The position numbers and the translations under genes were made by a program. From positions 1,240,001-1,304,000 of the forward strand of contig NW_027271368.1 of the NCBI RefSeq assembly GCF_040938485.1: a stretch of DNA of 64,000 bases, given 5' to 3'. Below are positions 23,767-38,235 of this stretch, in pieces. Source of the stretch: Diadema antillarum. Lineage: Eukaryota. How positions within the stretch are numbered: position 1 is the stretch's first letter; every line of letters starts with the position of its first letter. The notes below the pieces were generated by a model. The model worked only from the letters and a program-made list of their open reading frames with translations. It was not told the DNA's origin and ran no database searches.

Positions 23767-26700
23767 ATGTCGCAAAAAGTGGTGTTGGTAAGTATAACGA
23801 TTTTCGTCTTCGGAGATATGTGAAGTAGGGAAGAGTAGTTATGGTTCGTTGAGAACGACTTCGTCGAACATAGATCATAATCAAAATTTAACCTCACGCG
23901 CTTGGACCTACCCGTTCTGTACGTAACTCAGGTACGACTAACTGCTATTGGTACATAAATCCAGGGACCAGGGTAGAGAGGAATTGGTGGGTGGGATCAG
24001 GGAGGTGAGACTCGCCTCCCTGGTGGGATCGCGCTCACATCCCGGTACGGTGGTACAACGTGGAGCTGCAGCAACTGTTAACCGCAGTTTGCAGCTCCAC
24101 TCAAGAAGGGAAGTTTTGCTCCATGGAATAGCCTAGCCATCATTTTTTGATATTGCTCATGTGAACAGTCTGACCAGGCAGGGTGAGGTACAGTACCAGG
24201 CGACAGAGCTTAAGCCTAGCACTCCCTTCCCATTGTTTGTAAAAACTGCCCAGTCATCATGCCAGTCATGCACATTGAATAGCAAAGTTTGTTGAACCTA
24301 AGTTGAATAGAGTTGTCACCTCTGCTGCTTTGTACTCCGTGCAATGGTTGAAGGGATGGTACATAGGCCTAAAGACAGTAAACTGTTCTTCTAACGTTAG
24401 GCCTATTGGTTGAGGTGAGGTGTCAGCTTCTAACTTTTTGCGAGATACTTAGAAACCAAGTGCTTTGATTTAAGAAATGTTAAGAGCATACAATTCTAAG
24501 AGGAATTCAAGTTTATCCACTGACAAACAGTTTTGCAAGTTAAAAATATTAAAGATCATACATTTCTAAGAGGAATTCAAAGTTTGTGTATATAAATGAA
24601 AATTGTTTTACAAATGGCTGAGATATCCAAAAACAAATTAAGACTAAGCAATCTTGATATAAGGTGGGTCCCACTTTTTATTAGGATTACTTTGTTTTTG
24701 ATAGATATCTTAGCCATTTTAAAACCAATTTTAACCAAATAAACAATGAATTACTCTAGAATTATATGTTCTTTCATATTTCATGAGAGGTTTCTCATTA
24801 TCTCAAAAAGTCATCATCAACACGAAACCTGAAGCCCTATCTCAACTGAAACTGTGCCATCCCTTCAAGCAGTATTTTAGTAGGTTTACTGTTCCCAATA
24901 TCACTGATCATGAAAACATGAAACTACAAACAAATCTTGTTTCTTTGTTTAATATCTGATTGCAATTGGATGTTTTCTGTTTCTGTTCATCTGATTTTAG
25001 TTTTACAGAATGTATTAGATAACCATGCGTCAGCACATGTAGGTTTGCTTTGCCAAATGTCATTCTACGTCAAAACAATACCTACCTACAGCCTTTTCAA
25101 GGTATAATCTCTACTGCATGACTAATCCCCTCAGTCTCTCTAATCACTGAAAGAAAATAAAGCTCACTCAGATAGGTGATTTATGGTGGTGCTGGGAGTT
25201 TGTCTGTGTAATGCAACTGAAGAAAAACCCTTAATGTGTTAGAATTGTCTTACTGCTAAGAGTTATTCTCGGTGAGCAAACAATACTTTATTCTCTGCAC
25301 TGCAAATGGATTCCATTTGCTTTGATAGGGAGAACCAATGCCAACATTCTGTACAAATTCTTTGATTCAGCTGTAAAAAAGTATGAAAAAAAACCCCAGC
25401 TGAAACAAATGACTGCATTACATACTTCAAAAAGAATAATGCACTCCTGTATATTTCTGTTTCCTTTACTAGCTATGAAATGAACATCGTGAAAATAAAA
25501 GCCACATGCAAGTTGTGTGTATTATTGACAGACATGGCATAATACCCAAGGAGAATATCAAAGTTTTGATAGTGTTGAAACAGACGCAGATCACGGGATG
25601 TTGGCTGGGCTGGATTAGACAGTAGAATAGACCAAGCTAAAGTGTTCTTTTAAAGATGAGTTGCATTGTTGTGATTGCTTTTTTCTTTGGATTTGTTGTT
25701 AGGTTACCGGCAGCAACACAGGGATCGGCCTGTCTATAGTCCGTTCTCTCTGCAAACATTTTGGTGAGAATGGCATCGTCTACCTCACCGCCAGGAATGA
25801 AGGGCGGGGCCGGGAAGCCATAGACACCCTGGAGAAAGAGGGACTCCACCCTCGTTTCCACCTGCTGGATGTGGGCAAGATGGCGAGCATGGAGGCGATG
25901 CGAGACTTTATCAAAGCAGAGCACGGAGGACTGGACATCTTGATCAATAATGCAGGCATTGCCTACAAGGTATGACTGGTCTCAGTCACTTTGATCGAAT
26001 ATTCCTTGCTCTAAGAGTGTTGAAGACATGAGAATTTCAACCCTCATTGAGCAAGGACAAAAGTGTTATGAACAGGATAGTTCATTTACTGTTAGATATC
26101 AGACTTGTAATGTGTAGACAGGTATAATCAATGAAATATCCTAGATTTTAGATTAAATTTATTCCAAAGGAAAAAAAACCAACAACACATAAATACTGTT
26201 AAAAACCGGTATTATTGGCACCTTGACTCTTCAGTCTGTGATTTACATGTATAGGCCCCCCCCCCCCCCCCCCCCCCCCCCGTGGCCCATAGTGGCCACT
26301 TACTGTTAAAGGAGGAATGTTCCTGTGCATGTTAATTTTGCGCATTTCATGAGAGCCAGGATTCACGAAATTAAAACGCACCTGAAAGTTCTTTCCTACA
26401 CTATATGCATTGAATGTTAAGGCAACTCGAAAAAATGTCATGCCGCCAAAAAGGCTGTTGGCCCCAAATTCCCAAAAATGTTCTGCGAAAATATTGTGTT
26501 TTACAGTATACAGTGCACTCCCGTTATAACGAACACGGTTATAACGAAATTTCGTTATAACGAAGTAACTCTTCTGGTCCCAAAATTATCACCATTAAAG
26601 TCTATGGTAAAAAATTCGCTTATAACGAACACGGTTATAGCGAAATTTCCGTTATAACGAAGTCTTTTCCGAGCGCCACAGACAAAGAAAAACAAAAGAA

Positions 26701-29700
26701 ATGTGCTCCGCTATAACGAAATGCGAATTGCTTTCGAAAATACGTAGCGGAACAAGCATTTATAGCGTCTCTGCATGGGTGAACGCTTCACACCACTGTG
26801 TGTTCGCTCTTTGTGTCACGCACAGTTTCTGAGGGGAACTTGCATTTACTATTGTGATACAGTTATTCCATCACATTTCACATAGCTTTCCGGTGTATAA
26901 TGAGTATTCAGCAAACAAAATATGATATATATACGTGGTTTCCTTGTTTTCGTTATATATTGTATTTGTTCGGTTATATATTGTATTTGTTCGGTTATAA
27001 CGAAATTTCGTTATAACGAAAGAAAACGGCTGGTCTAGAGCATTTCGTTATAACGGGAGTGCACTGTACCTCTAAATCTGATATTTTGGTTGCCCAAAAG
27101 AGTGATGGCCTGAAATAAAAGCATATGAAAATCTGTTTTGAAACTCACTTGCTTGATTGGGTCTCCAAAAGAGAACTTTTTTTTTGAAATTTGATGACAT
27201 CAGTTCATTTCTGGTGAGCCCTGGTATAGGCATTGTAGCATTTTTCATGTTGCAACATCTGTATAAGTGTAGAACACTTCAATAAAATGTAATGATATCT
27301 GAGTTGTTGTCACACACAGAAAAGGGAATGGTGTGAACTCTATGTTTTCTTCCACAGTCAAATTTAAGGTTGAATATTGCCATTATCTGTCTCTAGCTCT
27401 GCTTTAAATCTGTTGTGGTAACAAGAAATAAAATACAAAATGCATTTGTAATGTAGCTGAAAAAAAAATGATGGTTGTTAATGCTTTGAAAGACATTCAG
27501 TTTTAATCTGTTCAGCCAAAATATGTTTCTGGACATCCACTTACAATTCAATTTTTCATTCAAGTCTTTTGTTCAATAAAATATTTTTCATGTACGCCTT
27601 TGGTACATTGTATGTCTCAGTATTTAGAATTTTTACCCAGATTTCTTGATTGCTTGCCCAATAGAGCTCTGCTCTATGGAAAGATTTAGATTTCACTGGT
27701 TTAAAATAACAAAAATATTCACAGCTGATATTCAGGCATTAGATCCTCAAAATCAACAAGGAGATACTCTGCCGATAACAATTTGGAAATACCCATCTTT
27801 ATACCCCCGCCAAACGAAGTTTGAAGGGGGTGTATAGGAATCAGCGGACGGTCGGTCGGGCGGTCGGTCGGGCGGTCGGGCGGTCGGGCGGTCGGTCGGG
27901 CGGTCGGTCGGGCGGTCGGTCGGGCGGTCGGTCCGTTGCAAATCTTGCGTCGCGAACTACTTCCTCAGTTTTCAACCGATTCCCATAAAACTTGGCATAG
28001 ATGTGTGCCTTGGGTTGTAGATGTGCAAGACGTATTTTTTGACAGTACCCAAAAGTACGTTGCCATGGTAACGGCATATTATGGGCAAAAATGGGTACAA
28101 ATCTTGCGTCGCGAACTCCTCCCACAGTTTTTGATCAATTTTTATGAAATTAGGTACAGATGTTCATCTGAATATGTTAATGTGCAAGACACATATTTCC
28201 GCAGTGGCAAAAAGTGCGTTGCCATGGTAACGGCATGTTATTGGTAAAATATAGGGCAAAATGCTTCATGGCAAAACTGCTTCATCAGTGTTCTTCCAAT
28301 TCTCATGGAATTCATATTGAATGTTTGTCTTAGGATATAGGTCAGCATGACACATTTCTTGACAGTGACAAAAAGTATGTTGCCATGGTAACAGCTCCCA
28401 TATTATGAGCCAAAATGATGGAAAATTTTGTGTTGCAAACTACTTCCTCAGTTTTTGCCCAATTTCCATGAAATTTGGTACAGATGTGTGCCTTTGGTTG
28501 TAGATGTGCAAGACGCATTTTTCGACAGTACCCGAAAGTACGTTGCCATGGTAACGGCATATTAACCCTAACCAGGCCGGGCTTTTTTGGGTGTTCTGTG
28601 GCCGGGGAGGGGTTGATTCAACCCCCCCTGAGATCTCGGCCGTCGATCGCAAAATCGCCATGATATTTGGCACATGCATTACCTGTGGCGTAATCTACGA
28701 AGCTATACAAAAAGAAATGGAAATTTTCGTCATAATAATTAATTATGCTAATATATGCATAAAATCATACATTTTGCTCTAAATCAGAAATTAAAGCTCC
28801 TAGAATCCTAATTTTTGGTGAAAACATTCTTTGTAGCATTCCTAACAATGTACTTGAAAAAAAAATTTGGTATCAAAATCAATTTCTTATGTATTTTATT
28901 GTTTTATGAATTTCTTATGTATTTCCATGTTTTTTCGACCTTTGGTTTTATCATTTTTTTTCCGCAAAATTTATGACAGAACCTATATCAAGCATAATTA
29001 TGCTAAAATTGATTAGTTTCAGCCTATAAAAGTGAAAATAATCATATCTTTATGAATAAGAAGAGAAAACTCAATTTGCATAGACTTTACACACAAAATC
29101 ACGTTTTTGAGCCATTATCGGTCTGACAGGCATGTATAAAACGTTATGCAGCGTCGTAACGGTATGCAAGATTTTCGCAAAAATGGTGTCAAAAGATGCG
29201 CGAGACTTGAAAGTAAAAAGTCAGCGGACGGCGCGGTCAAAAAATTTCGCGCGGTGGAGTAGTCATGAAAAATGTCGAGGGGGGGGGGGGGGGTTGATTC
29301 AACCCCCCCCCCCCCCCCCCCCCGGCCTTTTTAGGGTTAACGGCAGAAGATCAAGGAAAGATCTTGCGGATTTAACTACTTCCTCAGTTTTTTGACCAAA
29401 GCTTATGAAATGTTGTTTGGCGGGGGTATAACCAGTCGCTGTAGCGACATTTCTAGTTTGTTTTAGAATCCCTCAAGGTGTATACACCTCTGAAGGAAGA
29501 AAGCTCTTATAGAAACTGAATTCAAATGAATCAGGCAGTGAGCTTCTGATTTGTGTTTCTGTAATGCATCGTGCCATCTTCTGTTTCCCAGGGAAACGAT
29601 ACTCCAATGTCTGAACAGGCCAGGGGAACCATTGACATCAACTTCTATGGAGTTCTCCACATGACAAACTTGTTTCTCCCTCTAATCCGGAATGGTGGAA

Positions 29701-32045
29701 GGTAATGTGTCTCTACAATTAATAAATCTACTGTGACCTATCAGTCATTGAAACGCACATTGATTTCAGAGTCTATGTGCTCGATGTGTGTGTGTGTGGG
29801 GGGGGGGGGGGGATCACTCACGAGGGGAAGAATCACATAGTATTGTCACCAGAATACTTTGTCTTTTGCTTTGATATTTGGCATGCCAATCTGACATTAC
29901 AGTACATGTGTAATATTTGTAGTTTTAGCAGTGACAACTGCTATGTGATACAGTAATGATATGACTTTTTTTTTTCCAGTACAAGAGTGAAGGGTATTTA
30001 CTGTCACCAACTGTAACCATTATCACTGAAATATTTAAGTTTGCAAGCTTATGAATTATTAACTATTCCGAGAAGAATTACACTCTAGTCACATGAAATG
30101 GATGGTCAGTTGATCAGAATTGCATAAGTAGTGTATCGTGTTCCTTTCATTAAGGGGTGACACAAAGAGATAAAGAACAAACTCTTGAACATTTTGTCTA
30201 ACAGTTGTCATAATTCCCCCAAAGCAATGTACTCATAACAGATTAGAGTGGGTATTTAGCAATATAGCAATTGTGCAGCCTGGCAGAAAGATACTTCACA
30301 TAGAATACCAGTCACAATTTTTTTTTTTATCATCCGAGCGTAAAGATTGATTTGAAATGACATTATGTGGCATTTGTGCAGCATTCTTTCCTTAGCCCTG
30401 ACAAGTGCAGGATGTGTTGCAATGAAGTCCAGCAGAGTCTAACCTTATCCTTGTCTCCCATATTTGTATCAGGATTGTCCAAGTAGCCAGCATGGTGGCA
30501 CCGATGTCCTACTATCGCTGCAATGAAGACCTGCAAAAGAAGTTCAAGGAAGTGTCGACGGAGCAAGGGGTCATTGACCTCATGGAAGAATTTGTGAAGT
30601 ATGGTTCTGACAGCTGTTTTCTGAATAGTATAATGTGTCAATTCTATTTTTGTTATTGTATTTTGATATGTATTTGATTCATCAGAAACACTCTTTTGAC
30701 ATCTTTTATACATTCTGTGCACGATGCCAAACCTTGAAAGTGAAGATCATGATTAACAGATCTGTATAAGACGAGATTTTTATTGACAAGATTTGGAAAT
30801 GTGCTTCTTAAAGAATAATTGGTATCAAAAAAATTGTCAGGGTCAAGGGACCTGTATGTGAGTGCTTCTGTGTTGCCTTCATGATCATGTTGATAACACA
30901 AACACACAGGCATGCACATGTGCAAAGTAGAACTACGAACCGGTCTGCTGTGCTCCACTGATCTGTCCACCCCTATGCACACGTCTGCTTTCCTTCTGAA
31001 GTGCTCTGACTTTGTTGATATCACAGCAGAGGGAATGAGTTGTACCAGCTAGATGTGCTTACCGTCATGTCACACTGGCATCTTTCCTTCTTTTTTTTTT
31101 CCTGGTGAAATGACATATCCTCCTGCACCAATTGCTTGGGTCGTATTTGCTCCAAGGGATTAGGGTTAGTGATATGATAGGATTTTAGGGTTAGTCCTTT
31201 GTGAGGATTAGGATTAGGTTGAGGGTTATATTTTTGGTTAGAATTTATGCTTGGCTTAGCGTAAAGTTGATTTCATGGGAGCAATTGTCGAGAAAGCAAA
31301 TGTCATGGAACGTAGCTACAATCTTTTTCATCTAATGCTTCAAGAGAAACATGCATGAATACCTCTCCCCATTCCTGCTTCACATTCTCTTTTCCTTGAT
31401 GTTTCTTAAAATCCATCGTGTGGACTGTGCAGAGCGACAGGAACAGGGAACCACGTGGACCAAGGATGGCCTGACTGGGCCTATGGAGTCAGCAAGCTGG
31501 GTGTCGTTGCTCTCACCCGCATCCAAGGCCAGGCCGTTGCTAAGGATACCACCAAGGAGGATGTTCTCCTCAACTGCGTGAGTTTTAACATCAAAATACA
31601 AAGGTTTACTTATACTCAAGGGGTCATAACATTGTTTCAAGCAGATGTTTTGATAATGGTAATGGTGGTAATGGTAAGATTATTAGAAGTCAGATAATGG
31701 TGATGGTATTATTGATGATTGTGATGAAGATTACCACATAAATGGAATAAGGAATTAGAGTTGTTGCCAATGCTACACTGAAATTCTCCATTTGTCCAAA
31801 TCTAACAACATCTGGCTCCACTTCTTGCCTCTCTGCAGTGCTGTCCTGGCTATGTCATGTCTAATATGACGGCCCATCACAAGTCTGCCATGGCCGCCAA
31901 TCGGATTCCCACGGACGAAGGAGCCGTCAATCCCGTCTACCTAGCCCTCCTTCCTCCTGGAACCAAGGACCTCCAAGGCATCTTGATCTCCAAGAAGACA
32001 GTCAAGGACTTCTGGAACAACGATATTCGCCCAATCTCATTCTGA
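23767..32045 (+). CDS. CBR1: Carbonyl reductase [NADPH] 1-like (classical SDR), copy A, 6 exons, 291 aa
   Basis: Exons 23767-23787, 25703-25969, 29592-29701, 30473-30598, 31433-31577, 31839-32045; all GT-AG and phase-consistent (876 nt). Motifs: VTGSNTGIG, TARNEGRG, LINNAGI, VAS (catalytic Ser), YGVSK, CCPG, EGAVNPVYLALLPP. The symbol denotes family resemblance (CBR1/CBR3); orthology is untested. Confidence 0.92.
24352..24864. mobile_element. Degenerate Kolobok-like MITE (family shared with 42903-43283 and 57654-58040)
   Basis: Ends AGGGATGGTAC...TTGGTTGAG / CTCAACTGAAACTGTGCCATCCCT; body similar to the other two copies. Confidence 0.55.
26301..26508. mobile_element. TA-flanked MITE (TACTGT...ACAGTA family)
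   Basis: Homologous to 62552-62762; short TIR TACTGTTAAA/TTTTACAGTA. Confidence 0.65.
26511..27066. mobile_element. Tc1/mariner(pogo/Tigger)-type MITE
   Basis: TIR CAGTGCACTCCCGTTATAACGAA, TA TSD on both sides, internal GTTATAACGAA repeats; near-identical copy at 33434-33967. Confidence 0.88.
27798..29459 (+). mobile_element. HINE/DINE-1-like non-autonomous Helentron element
   Basis: 5' subTIR TATACCCCCGCCAAAC (27800-27815), (GGTC/GGGC)n microsatellite, inverted subTIR (29415-29430), 3' hairpin GTCGCT-GT-AGCGAC (29435-29448), T-rich ends and no TSD. Confidence 0.8.
28566..29336. mobile_element. piggyBac-type MITE nested in the HINE
   Basis: TTAA TSD at 28562-65 and 29337-40; termini CCCTAACCAGGCCGGG / CCCGGCCTTTTTAGGG. 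Confidence 0.8.
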
Positions 32046-33433
32046 TTCCCCCTCCCCTACCTCAAAATCCACACATCTTTTTTTCCACTCAGCAGAGGCT
32101 TAGCTGCCAGTGTGCTTTTGTCAGGTTTAATGTTTTCGTCTCTACTGTATAATGTGTTTGTATGTATTTGTGTGTAAAAATCCTTACGTACGTATGTATA
32201 ATGTCAGTCTCATTGTCTTTCTGTTGTTTCTTGAGGGGCCTTGTAACGTTTTGACTTCAGATTTTTATATTCAAAGACTCGTTCAGAGCTTTATATTTAG
32301 GTCTTCGGTCAATCGGTTTGTTATAAAAGGTTAGGATCGAGGTTTAAGATAAAATCTCACATTCAAAGAAGTTATTTGATAGAAGTTCAAAAGTGTTAAA
32401 TTACAGGACATTACCCTTGGTTGATTGTTCAGTGGATATGATGAATTGTCAGAAACAGGTTGAGATGAAGTTTTGATACATTTCCCTCTCCATTCCCTTT
32501 CCCCTTTTAGAATGAAATAAACGTGGTTACATTTTGTGATAATCACCTATGATCAAAAAGCAGTTGGTTTGGAGCATTTTCTTTCTTTTAATATCAATAG
32601 ATGTTAAGATTGAAAGAAAGTTGTCCTAAGGTTTTTGAGATTAAATAAAATTACACATGAAACTCGGACCTTAGTTATGTACTGGTGTGTGCTATGATAG
32701 AGCATGTCAGTATGCATTTTGAACTACTAAATTTCTCTGGGGTCAGGGGTCAAGGGCCAGAGGCAAATTCAAGTGAGATCACAGTGCATGCAATTGTGAT
32801 TGATGGCAATGGAAAATTAAGGTCCATTGATGTCAGATATTACATCATCAAGAAAGCAAGGCACCACAGACCTGGGCATGAAAAACATGCAACGTACTTG
32901 TAGAACTGCATGGCCTATGATGTTTTCAGTGGGAATCAGAGAGTGTGTGCAGATTCCTCATTCCAAGCAAAAGGGTGGCTGCTGCCTCATACCTGATTGA
33001 ATTCACATCAATAGTAAAGTACATTGTAGAAATCCTTCGTGATGTCAACCTTTGAAATATCTCTGCTTATTGTATGAGGGCTTTCTAGCCAAATATTGTG
33101 TATGTTTGTCTGTGTATTTTTGTTCTTTTTTTTACCTGTATTATATCCATGAAAGAATTCAACCTATGCATTATTCTTGGTACAAGCAACAGCAATCCGA
33201 AGAGTAGTTGATGAGACAGAACCCATGTGAATGTTACTGTATGACTACACTTTGTCACAATTTATCCACTTTTTCTGTGTTTTGAAATGGCTATGGTTTG
33301 CTTTAATGCAAAGATTGTCATGTATCGATCAGTTCATCATTGGTGATACAATCCTTAAGTCCTTTGACAGTCAGTGAGTCCATGTTCTGAGTGTAGGTCT
33401 TCAAGAACAGTGACACTCATGTTCAGTGCTATA

Positions 33434-33967
33434 CAGTGCACTCCCGTTACAACGAACACGGTTATAACGAAATTTCGTTATAACGAAGTAAATCTTCTGG
33501 TCCCAAAATTATCACCATTAAAGTCTATGGTACAAAATTCGCTTATAACGAACACGGTTATAGCGAAATTTCCGTTATAACGAAGTCTTTTCCGAGCGCC
33601 ACAGACAAAGAAAAACAAAAGAAATGTGCTCCGTTATAACGAAATGCGAATTGCTTTCGAAAATACGTAGCGGAACAAGCATTTATAGCGTCTCTGCATG
33701 GGTGAACGCTTCACACCACTGTGTGTTCGCTCCTTGTGTCACGCACAGTTTCTGAGGGGAACTTGCGTTTATTATTGTGATACAGTTATCCCATCACAGT
33801 TCACATAGCTTTCCAGTGTATGATGAGTATTCAGCAAACATAATATGATATATATACATGGTTCCTTGTTTTTGTTATATATTGTATTTGTTTGGTTATA
33901 ACGAAATTTCGTTATAACGAAAGAAAACTGCCGGTCCCGAGCATTTCGTTATAACGGGAGTGCACTG
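33434..33967. mobile_element. Tc1/mariner-type MITE, second copy
   Basis: Same TIRs and TA TSD as 26511-27066. Confidence 0.88.
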
Positions 33968-35975
33968 TATACTGTTGTATTTCTTGACTTTTGTTTGATT
34001 CAGGATTTTCTGGAACAGTGCACATAGTGTAAAATGTCCTAAATTTTGTAAGTCCTGCGTTGGTATTCTGACGTTTTTGAGACAGGGGTGTTAAAGGTAT
34101 TGTTTACCATTGGAAGCTGTAATTTACAAAATGTTCGAGTTGTGTATCATCTTCGATGCATATGTGTAGGTCAGATATATCACAAACATCCTACCATATA
34201 AAAGTTTTGCAATCAAGCCTGAAGTAATGTGATTTATGACTATTTTTCTCAATAGACCATAACTGTAGATTGTTTATCGTGGAAAAATTCATTAATAAAC
34301 TACATGTATTCACATTTTGTATACTTAACAATACTTAAATTTGATTATACTGATTAACATTTTTTACATTGGTTTTTTCTATCCCTAACTCACATTTTAG
34401 AATTATTTTGAAGCACTAAAGCTGGGGTTTTGTTTCATCTGCAAATGGTATATAATGCCATTAAAGTGAATACAGCCCTTATAAATTGACACATTCTAGA
34501 TGCAGTTAATGTTCCAAACCTTTGCATTCCCGTACAGAAGAGAATGCTTGTCAAGCCCCATTGCATTATGCATTTTATGCTTTGATGGCTAAGATGGCAT
34601 ACATACATCTATGTACTGCATATACGATCTTATCAGGCAGTAATATTAAAGTAATTATGGAATACGAGGTATACATGTCATGCTACAAAGTCTTCTTTAT
34701 CAGTGTGAATGTTACTGAGCAGTTAAAAACTGTTGAAAGTCAAATGTCCATGAAATTGACTCAATGATCATGCAATGGAAATGTATCCTGTGATTAAATG
34801 TCTAACAAAGAAATTTTTGCCTACATGATTATTTTTTTTTCTTCTTTTGGTTGGTTGATAAATGAGACGTGTCATGAAAAGGAGATGCACTAGTCAGAAA
34901 GGAAGATTGGGAGAGAAAACATGAGAAAGAAAATAATGAGTACTACGTTTGTATATTGTACTGGAAATGATGAAGATCAAAAAACGACCAGAGTTATGTA
35001 CAGTATTTCTGCAACAATGGAGCAATAGGCCTATTCCATGAACAGATTGAATTGAAGATATTATCAACATTTCACATAGGCCTATTCATATTCATACTCA
35101 ATGTTTATGTCATAATCATAATGATCTTCAATTCTTGACTCTATGTGGAATATAGCATGAGCATTGTATGAAATAGGCCAAGATGCAGCAATGTAAAAAC
35201 CTTGACCATAAACGGTGATAGCTTCCAGCACGAATTGAAACATGGATGTAACACTTTACTAGTGAAATTTTCATTTTTGCTGAATCGTTGAATTCATCGG
35301 CTGTAAAAAAACAAACAAATTTATATATTCTTTGTTTCCTTGTACATGTATCTCCTAAAATAGAGAAATTTCACTAATTTCAAAGAAAGTCTAATAAAAT
35401 ACACTTACCTGAAAATTGTTTGCACTAATGTATATGAGAGCCTACATTATATCGAAATGTCGTTACAACCAAACAAGAAACATTTAAGGTACATGTATAA
35501 TCTTAGGGCGTGAATTTTTTGTTTTAATCGGAATTTTGTGATAACCGTATTATTTATCACGGAAGTGCAGTATACAGGCATAGTAGAATGTTCTAGATGA
35601 TTGGGAGGCAAGTTTGTCATGATCAGAATACTGTGATTATCCCATAACAGGTGGTGGTTTCTATTGTTCTGAATACAAAGGTCCTAACATGCCCAGTCCG
35701 ACAGAGAGTTCTCTGCGAGAATTCTAAGCGTTTTTCCTGCGATCTTAAACCGTTCCCGTTACCCAACTTCTTTGCTGGAGATTTCACACAACTCGAGTGT
35801 ATTTTCAAGTTGACTTTCAATGTTTGCAGTATAATACTTGATGAACAGAATGGTAGAAATTTCTCCAAAAGAAACACAAAAAAACCTTCTACGTATGCAA
35901 AATGGTGTAAAAATTATCGTGGTTGCATCTATATGGCCACCACAAACAACCCTGTCATCAGAGAAGTTAGGGTAA

Positions 35976-36472
35976 NNNNNNNNNNNNNNNNNNNNNNNNN
36001 NNNNNNNNNNNNNNNNNNNNNNNNNNNNNNNNNNNNNNNNNNNNNNNNNNNNNNNNNNNNNNNNNNNNNNNNNNNNNNNNNNNNNNNNNNNNNNNNNNNN
36101 NNNNNNNNNNNNNNGTTCACTCGGTTGACAGCAGGTTCATCCGTATTTTATTGCTACTCGGAGTTTCATGCCACCTGGGATGTATTTAATCATTGACTGA
36201 TGATTGCTGTCAACCGAGTGAACTTGTTCCAATACTTCTGTCTAAAGCTCTTCCTTTGAGGATATCGAGCACTCTTCATAGANNNNNNNNNNNNNNNNNN
36301 NNNNNNNNNNNNNNNNNNNNNNNNNNNNNNNNNNNNNNNNNNNNNNNNNNNNNNNNNNNNNNNNNNNNNNNNNNNNNNNNNNNNNNNNNNNNNNNNNNNN
36401 NNNNNNNNNNNNNNNNNNNNNNNNNNNNNNNNNNNNNNNNNNNNNNNNNNNNNNNNNNNNNNNNNNNNNNNN
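35976..36472. other. Two assembly gaps (35976-36114, 36283-36472) near the tandem-duplication junction
   Basis: Runs of N. Confidence 1.
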
Positions 36473-37292
36473 ATAATATCTTCTAAAATTAAGATTCAGG
36501 CAGCGGTCTGATACTCTTCCTCCCCTGGACCTATTTTGGCTATAATTATTTACAGATAAACTCGGCCGGTCTACCCCATATTACTGCACCCCTTCAACGC
36601 GTCCATTTTCCAGAATACTGCGGCAGTCTAGACCAGTGGATTCAGAAATTCCGTAAATGGGGGGGGGGGGGGGGGGGGGGGGGGGGCGCACGCACCCCGT
36701 TTTTTCCTTTTTAATTCTTTTGTTTAAAAAAAAATTTCTTTGTTTGAACAGAAGAACTACAATCTGTAAATCTATGATTTACGGTGAACCTACTACAAAC
36801 TATAGACAAAGATAAACAGAACTGTCACTATGGTGATGGTAGAATGCGAATGTTCTGGTATCGTCTCGTTAATGGGAAATCAGCTAAATCTGAAAGTATC
36901 GGTGAATTTACAGCTTTGAATTTTTCTCTTTTTCGAAAGGGGATAATCAGATGGTTTGGACTCTCAATGTGAAGAATATATCTGGATAGCTTTTAGGCCT
37001 TTCTGACTTGCGGAAAAGTCAAGCCAGTAACCTGACTTTCCACTACATCAAAAGCAGAGATTGTTTTACGCAGCCGATATGCGCTATACAGTTTATCTAT
37101 ACTCAGTGCATGGCGGCGCCCTATTCTATTCCATGTACGAATTTCGGTGTTTCATTAATCGCTCTATTATAATAATATTAATATGCAGTGTCCAGTTTTC
37201 CCTCCGTGTATAGTCTGTGATATAGCATAGACTCGTCGATATTGTGTTATAGGTCTGTAATAAGTCCTACTATACGTTACGAGATATTGCTC

Positions 37293-38188
37293 ATGATGTC
37301 GCGAAAAGTGGTATTGGTGAGTATAACGAATCGATTTTGGAGGTATTTGAAGAAGGAAAGAGTAGTCATTGTTCGTTTAGAAGGATTTCGTCGAACATGA
37401 TCAGAATTAATCTCACGCGCTCTAGAACGTTGAGTTCAGGGGTAATAACCCCTGGGTGCTGTAGACCTAAACACGTAACAGAACGTGGTCGTGGTGAGAT
37501 CATCGGTGTGATTTTCTCAGGAGTAGTATGACGTATATCCAAGGGAAGCTTTGTGAGAGAACTCTTGTCCGTCCTTTTTTTTTAATTTTATGAAGTACTA
37601 TGAAAACACATGTAACATTTGCTTTTGTTGAAATGTAATATGGTATCATGTGTAGGCCTATCTGTACATTTATGATGTAGAGATCAGGTACCGGTGCAAT
37701 TGCAAAGCTGAAGCCATGACTTTGCGATTTTGGCTTCTCTGTATACCAGTAGTGCAATGTATACGTAAAACTACAGAGGTGCGTAACTTTTCTCACATAA
37801 TGCCTCTGATAGATCTACTCCATGCAAAGTTCAATCTTCTGCAAAGCGTGCCAGTAATATTCAATGTCAAAAGAAGTGTGGGCAATGTCGGAGCTGTGTT
37901 TGCACTGTCTTTCAGTCCTGGGATAAAACAAACAATCTTATCCAGAATTAGCTCGAGAATCATCTTTCATATCTTGTTTGTCAAGGTAAGGCTTTGCAGT
38001 AGCCATATCTTTATATCGCATTATTTCTATCCATAATAGTAATATTTTCCCCACCCCATCGTTTTCTATGTTCTGTGGGATCATTTCTTATACACTTTCA
38101 ATATCCGCACGGGGGGGGGGGGGGGGGTCACTAAGATGTACCTACAGTTTGACTTCGATTGCACTTAAGCTCCTGTATGAATATACTT

Positions 38189-38235
<47 letters not shown>

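Noticed and set aside
26254-26281. Long poly-C/poly-G runs (also ~36658-36686, 29278-29323) as G-quadruplex elements
   Set aside because: They recur throughout the window, mostly within repeat families; homopolymer lengths are unreliable and there is no locus-specific signal.
36115-36221. 19-bp inverted repeat between two gaps
   Set aside because: Isolated fragment bounded by Ns; probably part of a MITE and cannot be interpreted.
38190-38235. Poly-His ORF (38068-38310)
   Set aside because: (CAT)n microsatellite in CBR copy B intron 1.
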